Below, one piece after another: positions 17,437 through 26,068 of a stretch of DNA of 64,000 nt. Below the pieces are notes generated by a model, which made no database searches, was not told where the DNA came from, and was given only the letters and a program-made list of their open reading frames with translations. The stretch is from positions 667-64,666 of the forward strand of contig JAEINX010000003.1 in assembly GCA_016342645.1 (NCBI GenBank), in the 5' to 3' direction. The DNA comes from Bacteroidales bacterium (lineage in GTDB: Bacteria > Bacteroidota > Bacteroidia > Bacteroidales > JAEINX01). Position 1 is the first letter of the stretch. Every line of letters starts with the position of its first letter. The position numbers and the translations under genes were made by a program.

Positions 17437-18301
17437 AAATAATATTTTGATGTGCTGAGTATTTTAATAATTTGATTGCTTTTATTCCATCTTCTTTAAG
17501 TTTTGTTTTGATTTGATAAAACTATAGAAGTTCGTACAACCCGTACGGGTTTAACATGAATAGCCCTGTACGTAGTGCAGGGTAATATGATAATAATAAA
17601 AAACCAACCCTGAAAGGGTTTAATACTAACAACAGTCATGAGTACTTATACACAAATTCTTTATCAGATTGTTTTTGCCACAAAAAGTTATGAAGCATGC
17701 ATGATTGAATCAGGCCGGGAAAAACTCTATAAATATATTTGGGGGATACTAAAAAACAAACAATGCCATTTGTATAGAATAGGAGGAGTTGACGATCATT
17801 TACATATTATCACTCATATACATCCAACTATAGCAATAGCTAATTTAATAAAAGATATGAAACTTGCCTCAAGCAGTTTTATAAAATCTCAGAATATTTT
17901 TCCTAATTTCAATGGCTGGCAAGATGGTTATGGTGGGTTTACTTATGCAATCTCGGCTAAAGATAAGTTAATTGAATATGTAAAAAACCAGAAAGATCAT
18001 CACAAAAAAATAAGTTTCCGTGAAGAATATTCCAATTTGCTAAACGAACATGGGATAGAATTTGATGAGAAATATTTATTTTGATTTATTAAATCCCTTT
18101 GGGATTATTAATATGGGTTTCATCTTTTTAACCACAGGTTTCACCTGTGGCTATTTACCTTTAACCACTTCGTGGTTTGAAATCCTATGATATATTATTC
18201 ATTTCTAAAAGGGTTCAGTAATTAAATATACGCTCCTTCTTGATATTTAAGCAAGTGCATTGTATAGACAAAAATTTCCTCAGCACATCAAAATAATATT
18301 T
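17437..18301 (+). mobile_element. IS200/RAYT-type unit: Y1 transposase gene bracketed by inverted repeats and multiple short hairpins
   Basis: 16-bp perfect inverted repeat attttgatgtgctgag (17444-17459) / ctcagcacatcaaaat (18279-18294). Upstream hairpins: AACCCgtacGGGTT, CCCTGtacgtagtgCAGGG, AACCCtgaaaGGGTT. Downstream hairpins: ATCCCtttGGGAT, CCACAGGtttcaCCTGTGG, AACCACttcGTGGTT. Confidence 0.6.
17638..18084 (+). CDS. IS200/IS605-family Y1 (HUH) transposase, REP-associated tyrosine transposase (RAYT)-like
   Basis: 148 aa. MSTYTQILYQIVFATK..., an HUH motif DDHLHIITH, a GWQDGYGGFTY tyrosine region, and ...KNQKDHHKK.SFREEY.... Confidence 0.8.
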   Translation: MSTYTQILYQIVFATKSYEACMIESGREKLYKYIWGILKNKQCHLYRIGGVDDHLHIITHIHPTIAIANLIKDMKLASSSFIKSQNIFPNFNGWQDGYGGFTYAISAKDKLIEYVKNQKDHHKKISFREEYSNLLNEHGIEFDEKYLF

Positions 18302-18349
18302 AATCGTTATAATTTTTTTAAAAATAATTATGCTTACTAAAAAATTTAC

Positions 18350-18357
18350 TATATTTG
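18350..18357 (+). promoter_or_regulatory. Bacteroidota-type -7 box TAnnTTTG (tatatttg)
   Basis: Exact match about 95 nt upstream of the 42-bp repeat array and about 490 nt upstream of ORF 18849. Confidence 0.3.
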
Positions 18358-18450
18358 CCTTCTCTGAAAAACTAAATACGTTTTAGGAAATGTTTTTTTT
18401 ATTGAAATAATTATTATAGCAATAGTTTATGCCAATAATATATTTTATGA

Positions 18451-18786
18451 TAGCGGAAACAATGAGCCGGGCAAAGGAAAGCCTATATGGAGCAGCGGAG
18501 ACCGTATGCCGGACAGCGGAAAGACTATTCGGGATGGCGGAGACCGTATGCCGGACAGAGGAAAGAGCATACGGGATAGCGGAGACCGTATGCCGGACAG
18601 AGGAAAGAGCATACGGGATAGCGGAGATCGTATGCCGGACAGAGGAAAGAGCATACGGGATAGCGGAGATCGTATGCCGGAGAGTGGAAAGACTATTCGG
18701 GATAGCGGAGACTATATGCCGGAGAGTGGAAAGACTATTCGGGATAGTGAAAACGATAAGCCGGATAAAAAAATAATGAACGGAGC
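18451..18786. repeat. Tandem array of eight 42-bp units (GC-rich), coding status unresolved
   Basis: Units start at 18451, 18493, 18535, 18577, 18619, 18661, 18703 and 18745. The core unit is tagcggagaccgtatgccggacagaggaaagagcatacggga. The first and last units are degenerate. ORFs are open in at least 4 frames across it. Confidence 0.9.
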
Positions 18787-18848
18787 AACGGAAGATTTGA
18801 AAATTAGTATGGTTTAAATAAATTATAAACAAATTAAATTTTAAAACA

Positions 18849-19517
18849 ATGAGTAAAATAAAACGAATTTTAAAGAAGTTCAAAGGTACCGATGCCGAAA
18901 TGCTTGAAGAAGCCCGCATTAAGGCAAACGCATTAAAAATTGATATTGATTTGTTTGCAGCTTTTGATCCCAAATTTACAATTGAATATGTAAATGCATT
19001 TGATGCAAAAATTGTAAAAGCCGAGGCTGAGATAGTTGATAATGTTATCAAAGACCAACTTGCGGCAAAAACCGCTACTGTGGAAAATATATTGGATTCG
19101 TGCCGCAAAAAGTATCGTTCGGTAAAGTACTTTGTGGGAATAGCTTTTGAAAATAATAAAGCTGTACAAAACGAATTTGGTTTTAACGATTATAATACTT
19201 CTCGACGTAGTCAGGTAAAGATGCTTGTATTTATGCGTCAGCTTGGTATTTCGGCAAAGCGTTATCAATCGGAACTAATTGCAGCTGGCATGACCGAAGA
19301 AAGTATTAATGAAATTGAAACTCTCAGCAATGATTTGAGTTTATCCAACGAACAACAGGAAGACTTTAAAAAACAACGTGTATTGCTAACACAAAGCCGC
19401 ATTATTTTATATAATGAAGTCTGGGATTATGTTAGACAGGTAGCTCGAGCAGGTAAAATAATTTTTGAAGACAATCCTGCAAAATATGCTATATATCTTC
19501 TATCGGATGAAAACTAA
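18849..19517 (+). CDS. Hypothetical protein (no family recognised)
   Basis: 222-aa ATG-initiated ORF with host-like AT-rich codon usage. Helical and charged, with no signal peptide. The overlapping minus ORFs are artefacts. Confidence 0.6.
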   Translation: MSKIKRILKKFKGTDAEMLEEARIKANALKIDIDLFAAFDPKFTIEYVNAFDAKIVKAEAEIVDNVIKDQLAAKTATVENILDSCRKKYRSVKYFVGIAFENNKAVQNEFGFNDYNTSRRSQVKMLVFMRQLGISAKRYQSELIAAGMTEESINEIETLSNDLSLSNEQQEDFKKQRVLLTQSRIILYNEVWDYVRQVARAGKIIFEDNPAKYAIYLLSDEN

Positions 19518-19873
19518 GAAGTGCTTTTATGGAAAAATAGTTTACTTCCCTGACAACTTAAACATAAATGAATCTGTCTATATATTATAGAAATTAAATT
19601 GACAATGAAAAAATAAGCCGCTAATATGCGAATAAAAAAAGATGAAAGTGTAAAGGCTAAAGTATGAAGAAAAAAGTGAAATATTTTCTGCAGATAAAGC
19701 AGATAAGCTATCAGCGAAAATCTGCGTTATCTGCGGGAAAGTAATTTTAAACAGATGAAACACCCATGGCAAGGCAAATTTGACCAACAGGAGAATGATA
19801 AATCATTACATCCATTATTCCTTATATTTTCTTATTTGCCTTATATGGTTTAATTTTTAACAAATATAAACAC

Positions 19874-22800
19874 ATGAACAAACAAAGCTTTATAATTTTT
19901 TTAATGCTTACGCTTTTTGGTAGTTTTTCTTTTTCTCAAACTATTACAAAGACAATTAAATTTGATATACCCGAAATTATTTCCGAAGACGATGGATTTT
20001 CGAGCATACTTTACAAAGATTCTAAAAACTTCGAAAATGAAGGCAAACCAAATATCCCTCATTTCGGTGTTAGTATGTTATTAACGCAAGGACACGAAAT
20101 CGCCAATGTAAAAATCGTATCGCAAACATATTATCCGGGAGTTGATGGAAGATCAATTAAAGCTGCATCAAGACAATTTCCCTTGTCGAATATACCCGAT
20201 AAGGATGATTATAAAGTTATTCCAAATAATGAAATATATTCATCAAACATAGCATATCCTGTTAATGCAATTGAAAACATCTCTACTCATTTTCTAGCCG
20301 GCCATTCAATCGGATCATTTTCAATTTGCCCGATTAGCTTCATTCCAAAGGCTAAGCATATTGATTTTACGAAAGAAATCGTATTGGAAATTACATTGAA
20401 ATCAACTTCACGGGCCACTAACGCACAGCAATTATTAAGAAATTCAACACTAATCGAAAATCGAATAAAAAACATAGTTGATAATCCTGAAAAGCTTTCC
20501 GATTATTCTTATGATGCTTCTAAGGATAACAGCCAAATGGATATTTTATTAATCACACAAAATAGCTTTGTTGATTCTTTTGAGCCATATCTTGAATTCA
20601 AACAATCAACAGGTTTTATATGTGGTATTAAATGCGTTGAAGAAATTTATTCAGAATACACAGGGCAGGATGATCAGGAAAAAATAAGAAATTGTATAAT
20701 TGATTATTACGAAAATTATGGGATCAGCTACGTAATTCTTGGCGGTGATGGCGACAATGATGGACTTGGCCAGAAAATTATCCCTCACAGAGGATTTTAT
20801 GGTTTTGAAGGTTTAGAAGACGAATATGACATTCCTGCCGATATGTATTATTCAAACCTCGACGGAAACTGGAATACCGACAATGATGGCAGATGGGGCG
20901 AAGTAAATGAAGCCGATCTTTATGCTGAGCTTGGTATAGGAAGAATTTGTGCAGATAATATCTCAAAAGTTGAAAATCATATTAACAAACTTCAGCTTTA
21001 TCAAAATGCTCCCGTAATTGATGATATTGAAAAAGCATTATTTCTCGGTGAATTATTATTTGTATGGAATGATTCAATATGGGGAGGTGACTATAAGGAT
21101 GAAGTTGCATACGGAAGCTCAAACAACGGATTCACCACTATTGGTTTATCTGATAATATAAGCTGTAACCGATTTTATGAAAGAGAAAAGAATTGGGAAA
21201 AACAAGAGGTTTTCGATGAGGTAAGCAACTATGGTGTAAACCTACGAAATCATCTTGGGGGCTCATACCTTAATTACAATTTAAAAATGTATAACTCTGA
21301 TTTGACAAGTTCAAACTTTCAAAACAATGGAACTAACCGTGGTTTTATGGTTTCTTATTCACAAGGTTCATATTGTGGTGCTTTCGATAATCGAGGGTTT
21401 TCCGGTTATCAAGGCGATTGTTTTGCAGAAACAATTACCTGCATAGAAACTGCCGATGTTGCTACTATTGGAAATTCAAGAGATGGTTGGGCGGATATTT
21501 CCGGCACCAATGGGTCCTCACAATATTTCGATCGCCAATTTTTTGATGCAATTTTTGGAGAGGATATCACAGCAATCGGTATAGCTAATGCCGATTCAAA
21601 AGAGGATAATGTTCCGTTTCTTGATGATTATATTATGAGATGGTGTTTTTATGAATTGAATTTATTTGGCGACCCTTCAATGGATATTTGGACTGCTGTT
21701 CCAACTGATATTATTGCTCAGTATCCTGAAAGTATTCCATTAGGAACAATTCAGGTAGAAGTTCAAACCGACGTTCCTTTTGCAAGAATTGCTCTTTTTC
21801 AGGATGAGGTTTTGAAAGGGCGTACTGTAGCCATCGAAAGCGGAGAAGCAATTATTGATTTGTTCTCTCCGATTATTAGTCAGTCAACGGTTTCAATTTC
21901 AATAATAGGGCATAATAAAAATCGGCTTCAGGATAATATTGAAGTTACATCCGATACACCTTATATTGTTTTTGATTCAAATGAAATTAATGATATTAAT
22001 TGTAATGGGAACGGATTACTTGATTACGGTGAAAATGTTTTTCTGTCATTGGGTTTATTTAATGTAGGAAATCAGGCCGGAAGCGGAGTTACAGCCACAA
22101 TTTCATCCGAGAACCCTTATATAACAATTACCGATAATACCGAATATTATGGAGATTTTGATCCCCAAGAGGTATCATTTATCAATAATGCTTATGCTTT
22201 TTTTGTTTCAGCAGATGTGCCTGATGGCGAAGCTATTTTATTTAAAGTTACGGCTGAAAGCGGAGAAACTATATGGGAAACTTATTTTTCAATTATAGCT
22301 CATGCACCCATATTGAACTTTGTTGATTTCGAGATTCTCGGCAATGGAAAAATTGATGTGGGTGAAACAACAGAAATTTCAATTAGTATCACCAATGCCG
22401 GATCAGCCGATGCCTATAATGTTATCACCGAACTTATCTCAGAAAGTCCATACATAACAATTAACAGCGAACCACAATCGCTCGGAACCATTTCTCCCGA
22501 CAACTTAGTTGAAACTGTTTTTAATATTACTGCTTCTGAAAATACTCCCCCCGGTCGGATATTTGAGTTGATTGTGGATATTTCCGATTATCTTGGAATC
22601 ACTTCAAGCAGCGAATTCACAGTATTAGTTGGACAAATACCGGTTTTCATTCTTGATTATGATGGAAACAATACTTCGGCACCTGTCATTAGGGATGCCT
22701 TATTTGAATTTGGTATGAATTGTGAGTCGGATACCTTAATGCCGCCCGATTTAAATAAATATTCAGCGGTTTTTGTTTGCCTCGGTATGTCTTTCGTTAA

Positions 22801-24391
22801 TAATCATATATTAACTTCTGCCCAGGGATCAATTCTCGCTGAGTATTTAAATAACGGAGGTAATATTTATATGGAAGGAGGTGATACCTGGTATTATGAT
22901 CCTCAAACAGCAGTACATCCAATGTTTAATATTGATCCTGAAGCTGATGGTAATGGTGACATTGTTAAAGTTTTAGGGAAAAACGGAACATTCACCCAGG
23001 GAATGAGTTTTGATTATATCGGGGATAACAGTTATGTTGATCATATTGATGCAATCTCACCCGCTGTTTTGATTTTTAAAAACCCTAATCCAGATTATGG
23101 AATGGCCGTAGCTTATGATGCAGGTGATTATAAAACAATCGGTGCATCCTTCGAGTTTGGAGGCCTTGTCGATGGCGTATCTACAAAACTTGAGCTTATA
23201 AGCAAATATATTGACTTCTTCGGTTTTTGGGATTTTAACACCCAAACACAAAATATTGATTTAAATGCAGGCTACCAATTTGTTTCATCAAGAATTGAAA
23301 CTGAAAACCCTGATATGCTTATTGTATTCCAGGATATTTTAAACGAAAACCTTGATTTTGTCAGAAATTCAAACAGTCAGTCCTTGAAAAAAATTGGGCC
23401 TGTGTGGGTAAATGGAATCGGAGATTGGATCACAACTGAAGGTTATTTAATTAAAATGTCTGATGACGAAACATTGACATTAAGCGGAGATGAAGTAAAT
23501 CCTTTATCTCCAATAAATTTATCGATGGGCTATCAGTTTGTCAGTTTTCTCCCCGAAAATCCAATTGATGCATTGATAGCATTTAGTGGTATTCTAACTA
23601 ACGATCTGGATTATATCAGAAATTCAAATGGCGAAACCATACGAAAAATCGGGATTACCTGGGTTAATGGAATCGGTAATGCGAAACCTGATGAAGCTTA
23701 TTTGATTAAAATGTTTGCCGATGATCAATTAATCTATACTATTCCTACCAAAACCACTAAGAGTGCTACTCCTGCAAAAGTAATGAATCACTTTGTTTTT
23801 GAAGGTGGTAATGCAGCCGATCCGGTTTATTCAATTTATATTGGCGGTTTAAATATTGGTAATGAAGTTGCTGTTTTTGATGGAGAAAAAATGGTTGGTG
23901 CAAACGTCATTGTTTCTGAAAATGTTCTCGAAAACTCAGTTCCCATATTTTCTACTCTAAGCAATAGAAAAGGATTTGAAGCAAACAGCCCAATTTCTCT
24001 TATTGTTTGGGACTCACAAAAGCAAATTGAAGTTCCGGCAACTTATACTTTTGATAATGAATATTCAAATTATTACACAAAAAACGTTTTTCCTGAAAAT
24101 GATGGTGAATTAAGTGTAATAAATATTACAAAAGAAAGCTCTGCTATGATGGAAAATGCAGCAATTGAAGTTAATATTTATCCAAATCCGGCTACCGAAG
24201 TGTTGAATATTGTTTCCGATAATACCATCAAAAAAATTAGAATAATGAACCTGATTGGACAAACAATGTTTGATAGCGAAATAAATAGAAATAAAACAGT
24301 AATATGTACATCCGCATACAAAACAGGTATTTATATTTTAAGGATTGAAACATCTTATGATTTAGCAATTCAAAAGATCATGATTAAGTAA
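19874..24391 (+). CDS. T9SS-sorted peptidase C25 (gingipain-family)-like protein carrying CARDB-like domains, 2x module B, module A and a T9SS CTD
   Basis: 1505 aa with a signal peptide. C25-type stretch: ILLITQNSF...YVILGGDGD...IPHRGFYG...IPADMYYSNLDGNWNTDNDGRWGE...LGIGRI...SYCGAFDN. Two NVGN/NAGS CARDB-like segments. Module B pair: GYQFVSSRIETENPDM...PVWVNGIGDWITTEGYLIKM and ITWVNGIGNAKPDEAYLIKM. Module A: HFVFEGGNAADPVYSIYI...NEVAVFDGEKMVG...VWDSQ...FPENDGE. CTD: IYPNPATEVLNI...GIYILRI...IMIK. Confidence 0.8.
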   Translation: MNKQSFIIFLMLTLFGSFSFSQTITKTIKFDIPEIISEDDGFSSILYKDSKNFENEGKPNIPHFGVSMLLTQGHEIANVKIVSQTYYPGVDGRSIKAASRQFPLSNIPDKDDYKVIPNNEIYSSNIAYPVNAIENISTHFLAGHSIGSFSICPISFIPKAKHIDFTKEIVLEITLKSTSRATNAQQLLRNSTLIENRIKNIVDNPEKLSDYSYDASKDNSQMDILLITQNSFVDSFEPYLEFKQSTGFICGIKCVEEIYSEYTGQDDQEKIRNCIIDYYENYGISYVILGGDGDNDGLGQKIIPHRGFYGFEGLEDEYDIPADMYYSNLDGNWNTDNDGRWGEVNEADLYAELGIGRICADNISKVENHINKLQLYQNAPVIDDIEKALFLGELLFVWNDSIWGGDYKDEVAYGSSNNGFTTIGLSDNISCNRFYEREKNWEKQEVFDEVSNYGVNLRNHLGGSYLNYNLKMYNSDLTSSNFQNNGTNRGFMVSYSQGSYCGAFDNRGFSGYQGDCFAETITCIETADVATIGNSRDGWADISGTNGSSQYFDRQFFDAIFGEDITAIGIANADSKEDNVPFLDDYIMRWCFYELNLFGDPSMDIWTAVPTDIIAQYPESIPLGTIQVEVQTDVPFARIALFQDEVLKGRTVAIESGEAIIDLFSPIISQSTVSISIIGHNKNRLQDNIEVTSDTPYIVFDSNEINDINCNGNGLLDYGENVFLSLGLFNVGNQAGSGVTATISSENPYITITDNTEYYGDFDPQEVSFINNAYAFFVSADVPDGEAILFKVTAESGETIWETYFSIIAHAPILNFVDFEILGNGKIDVGETTEISISITNAGSADAYNVITELISESPYITINSEPQSLGTISPDNLVETVFNITASENTPPGRIFELIVDISDYLGITSSSEFTVLVGQIPVFILDYDGNNTSAPVIRDALFEFGMNCESDTLMPPDLNKYSAVFVCLGMSFVNNHILTSAQGSILAEYLNNGGNIYMEGGDTWYYDPQTAVHPMFNIDPEADGNGDIVKVLGKNGTFTQGMSFDYIGDNSYVDHIDAISPAVLIFKNPNPDYGMAVAYDAGDYKTIGASFEFGGLVDGVSTKLELISKYIDFFGFWDFNTQTQNIDLNAGYQFVSSRIETENPDMLIVFQDILNENLDFVRNSNSQSLKKIGPVWVNGIGDWITTEGYLIKMSDDETLTLSGDEVNPLSPINLSMGYQFVSFLPENPIDALIAFSGILTNDLDYIRNSNGETIRKIGITWVNGIGNAKPDEAYLIKMFADDQLIYTIPTKTTKSATPAKVMNHFVFEGGNAADPVYSIYIGGLNIGNEVAVFDGEKMVGANVIVSENVLENSVPIFSTLSNRKGFEANSPISLIVWDSQKQIEVPATYTFDNEYSNYYTKNVFPENDGELSVINITKESSAMMENAAIEVNIYPNPATEVLNIVSDNTIKKIRIMNLIGQTMFDSEINRNKTVICTSAYKTGIYILRIETSYDLAIQKIMIK

Positions 24392-24496
24392 CAATAAAAT
24401 GCTTATTAAATAATAAACCGAAAACTTACGCCTCAACTTATTACTTTATTATTATGATATGATTCCAAATGATGTTATTAAATTACTAATAATGGG

Positions 24497-24626
24497 TCCG
24501 GTAAAAAAAGAGTTGAAAATGGTTCACGCAAAGCACGCAGATGAATCGCAAAATACGCAAAGCGTTGATTATAAGTATAAATAATTTGCGTTCTTTGCCC
24601 TAAAACTTTCCGATCTTTGCGTGAAA
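24497..24626. repeat. MITE-like intergenic element with terminal inverted repeat ttcacgcaaag/ctttgcgtgaa (copy 1)
   Basis: Inverted repeats at 24522-24532 and 24615-24625. About 80 nt are collinear with 60315-60440 (ggttcacgcaaagcacgcagaYgaatcgcaaaaWacgcaaag...ttgattataa). Confidence 0.65.
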
Positions 24627-24650
24627 ATAGTTTTTACAATACACTCAATA

Positions 24651-25238
24651 ATGAAAAATAATCAAATTAATAAAATAATACTTTTAATTTCCTTAACAAT
24701 GATCTTGTTTTCTTGTGGAAATAAAAACCCGAAAATTGCAATTAAAACAGAATTTGGAGATATTATTATTGAGTTATATCAAGAAAAGGCACCTTGCACG
24801 GTATCAAATTTCTTAAAATATATTAAGGAAAATCGTTTTGATGAAGCTACTTTTTACAGGGTTGTAAGAATGGATAATCAGCCTGATAACGAAAATAAAA
24901 TTGAAGTTATTCAGGGAGGGTTGTTTGAAGACGATCATCCAAAAGCACTTCCTCCCATAAAACATGAATCAACTCAACAAACCGGAATTCTGCATAAAGA
25001 CGGGATTATTTCAATGGCAAGATATGAACCCGGAACTGCAACAAGTGAATTTTTTATTTGCATTGGTGATCAACCCAGCCTTGATTTTAAAGGTGGAAGA
25101 AATTCCGACAAACAAGGTTTCGCTGCTTTTGGAAAAGTGATAGAAGGGATGGAAATTGTAAGAAAAATACAAACGCAAAATGCAGTTGGGCAATACCTTG
25201 AACCAAGGATTAAAATTATTTATATGCGAATTATTTGA
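24651..25238 (+). CDS. Cyclophilin-type peptidyl-prolyl cis-trans isomerase, exported (lipoprotein-like signal)
   Basis: FGDIIIELYQEKAPCTVSNFLKYI...FYRVV...GIISMAR...TSEFFICIGDQPSLDF...FGKVIEGMEIVRKI. I prefer the ATG at 24651 over the track's GTG at 24621, which lies inside the repeat element. Confidence 0.8.
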   Translation: MKNNQINKIILLISLTMILFSCGNKNPKIAIKTEFGDIIIELYQEKAPCTVSNFLKYIKENRFDEATFYRVVRMDNQPDNENKIEVIQGGLFEDDHPKALPPIKHESTQQTGILHKDGIISMARYEPGTATSEFFICIGDQPSLDFKGGRNSDKQGFAAFGKVIEGMEIVRKIQTQNAVGQYLEPRIKIIYMRII

Positions 25239-25399
25239 ATTTTATGATAAGTATTACTTACATAAATTCATTGATGATAATGTGGCAGTTGATTCTTTGC
25301 TGAGAGCAAATTATGCCGTTGTTGACGTGAATCATAGCAAGGAAAATAAAAACCTTGAACTTTTAAGAAAATTGAAATTTCAAATTATAAGGATTATAA

Positions 25400-25990
25400 T
25401 TAATTGAAATTCGGATTTGTTGGAAATTTTGTCCAAATTTCATAATCTTTACTAAGATTTAATAAGGATTTTTCCCAAAGAAGGTTGTAATCAACATTTA
25501 GCATAAATTTACTATTCGTATTTGAAACAACCCATGAATTTCTTTTCAATTCCTCTTCAAGCTGATTTGGATTCCAACCCGAATAACCTAGAAAAAACCT
25601 GATTTGGTTGGATTTAATGTGGCCTGAAATAATCATTTCTTTGATAATTTGAGTTTCTCCGCCCCAGTATAATCCATCAAATATTTCGTAACTGTTTTCG
25701 ACGATATTTCCGAGAGTATGGATGTAAAATAAATTGTCGGATTTAACCGGACCACCTAAAAAAATATCTCCCGTAAATTTAGGAAAGTCTTTTACAACTT
25801 CATTAAAATTAATATCTAAGGGTTTATTCATTATTACGCCAAATGAACCATCCTCATTATGTTCGGCAAGAAGTATTACAGAGCGACTAAAATAATAATC
25901 ATTTAATAATGGCTCGGATATTAATATCCTTCCTCTTTTTGGTTTAATATTGTTAGCCCTTATTTCAACTATTTTTTTAAAATCGGTCAT
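25400..25990 (-). CDS. YqgE/AlgH-family protein (UPF0301)
   Basis: 196 aa with GRILISEPLLNDYYFSRSVILLAEHNEDGSFGVIMNKP...GGPV...LGYSGWNPNQLEEEL, typical of the family. Confidence 0.75.
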   Translation of the reverse strand: MTDFKKIVEIRANNIKPKRGRILISEPLLNDYYFSRSVILLAEHNEDGSFGVIMNKPLDINFNEVVKDFPKFTGDIFLGGPVKSDNLFYIHTLGNIVENSYEIFDGLYWGGETQIIKEMIISGHIKSNQIRFFLGYSGWNPNQLEEELKRNSWVVSNTNSKFMLNVDYNLLWEKSLLNLSKDYEIWTKFPTNPNFN

Positions 25991-26026
25991 CTGTGTAAAA
26001 ATACTAAATTATTTACAATTATTTGA

Positions 26027-26034
26027 TACTTTTG
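26027..26034 (+). promoter_or_regulatory. Bacteroidota-type -7 box TAnnTTTG (tacttttg)
   Basis: Exact match 35 nt upstream of the ATG at 26069. Confidence 0.3.
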
Positions 26035-26068
26035 ATTTTTATTTTACAAAAATAATACCATTTTTAAA

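Noticed and set aside
18451-18786. Possible CRISPR array
   Set aside because: The units are directly abutting with no unique spacers, and no cas genes are in the window.
18383-19108. 241-aa minus-strand ORF, plus ORFs 18429..18776(+), 18445..18654(-) and 18506..18817(+), across the 42-bp repeat array
   Set aside because: A stop-free 42-nt (14-codon) repeat is automatically open in several frames on both strands. The minus ORF also overlaps the better-supported gene 18849..19517. I annotate none as a CDS; only the 18506 frame is kept as an open possibility in the finding.
19578-19787. Small intergenic ORFs (19578..19787 minus, 25180..25407 plus)
   Set aside because: They have no recognisable motifs. 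They overlap repeat-type sequence or a convergent-gene gap and are of low-complexity composition.
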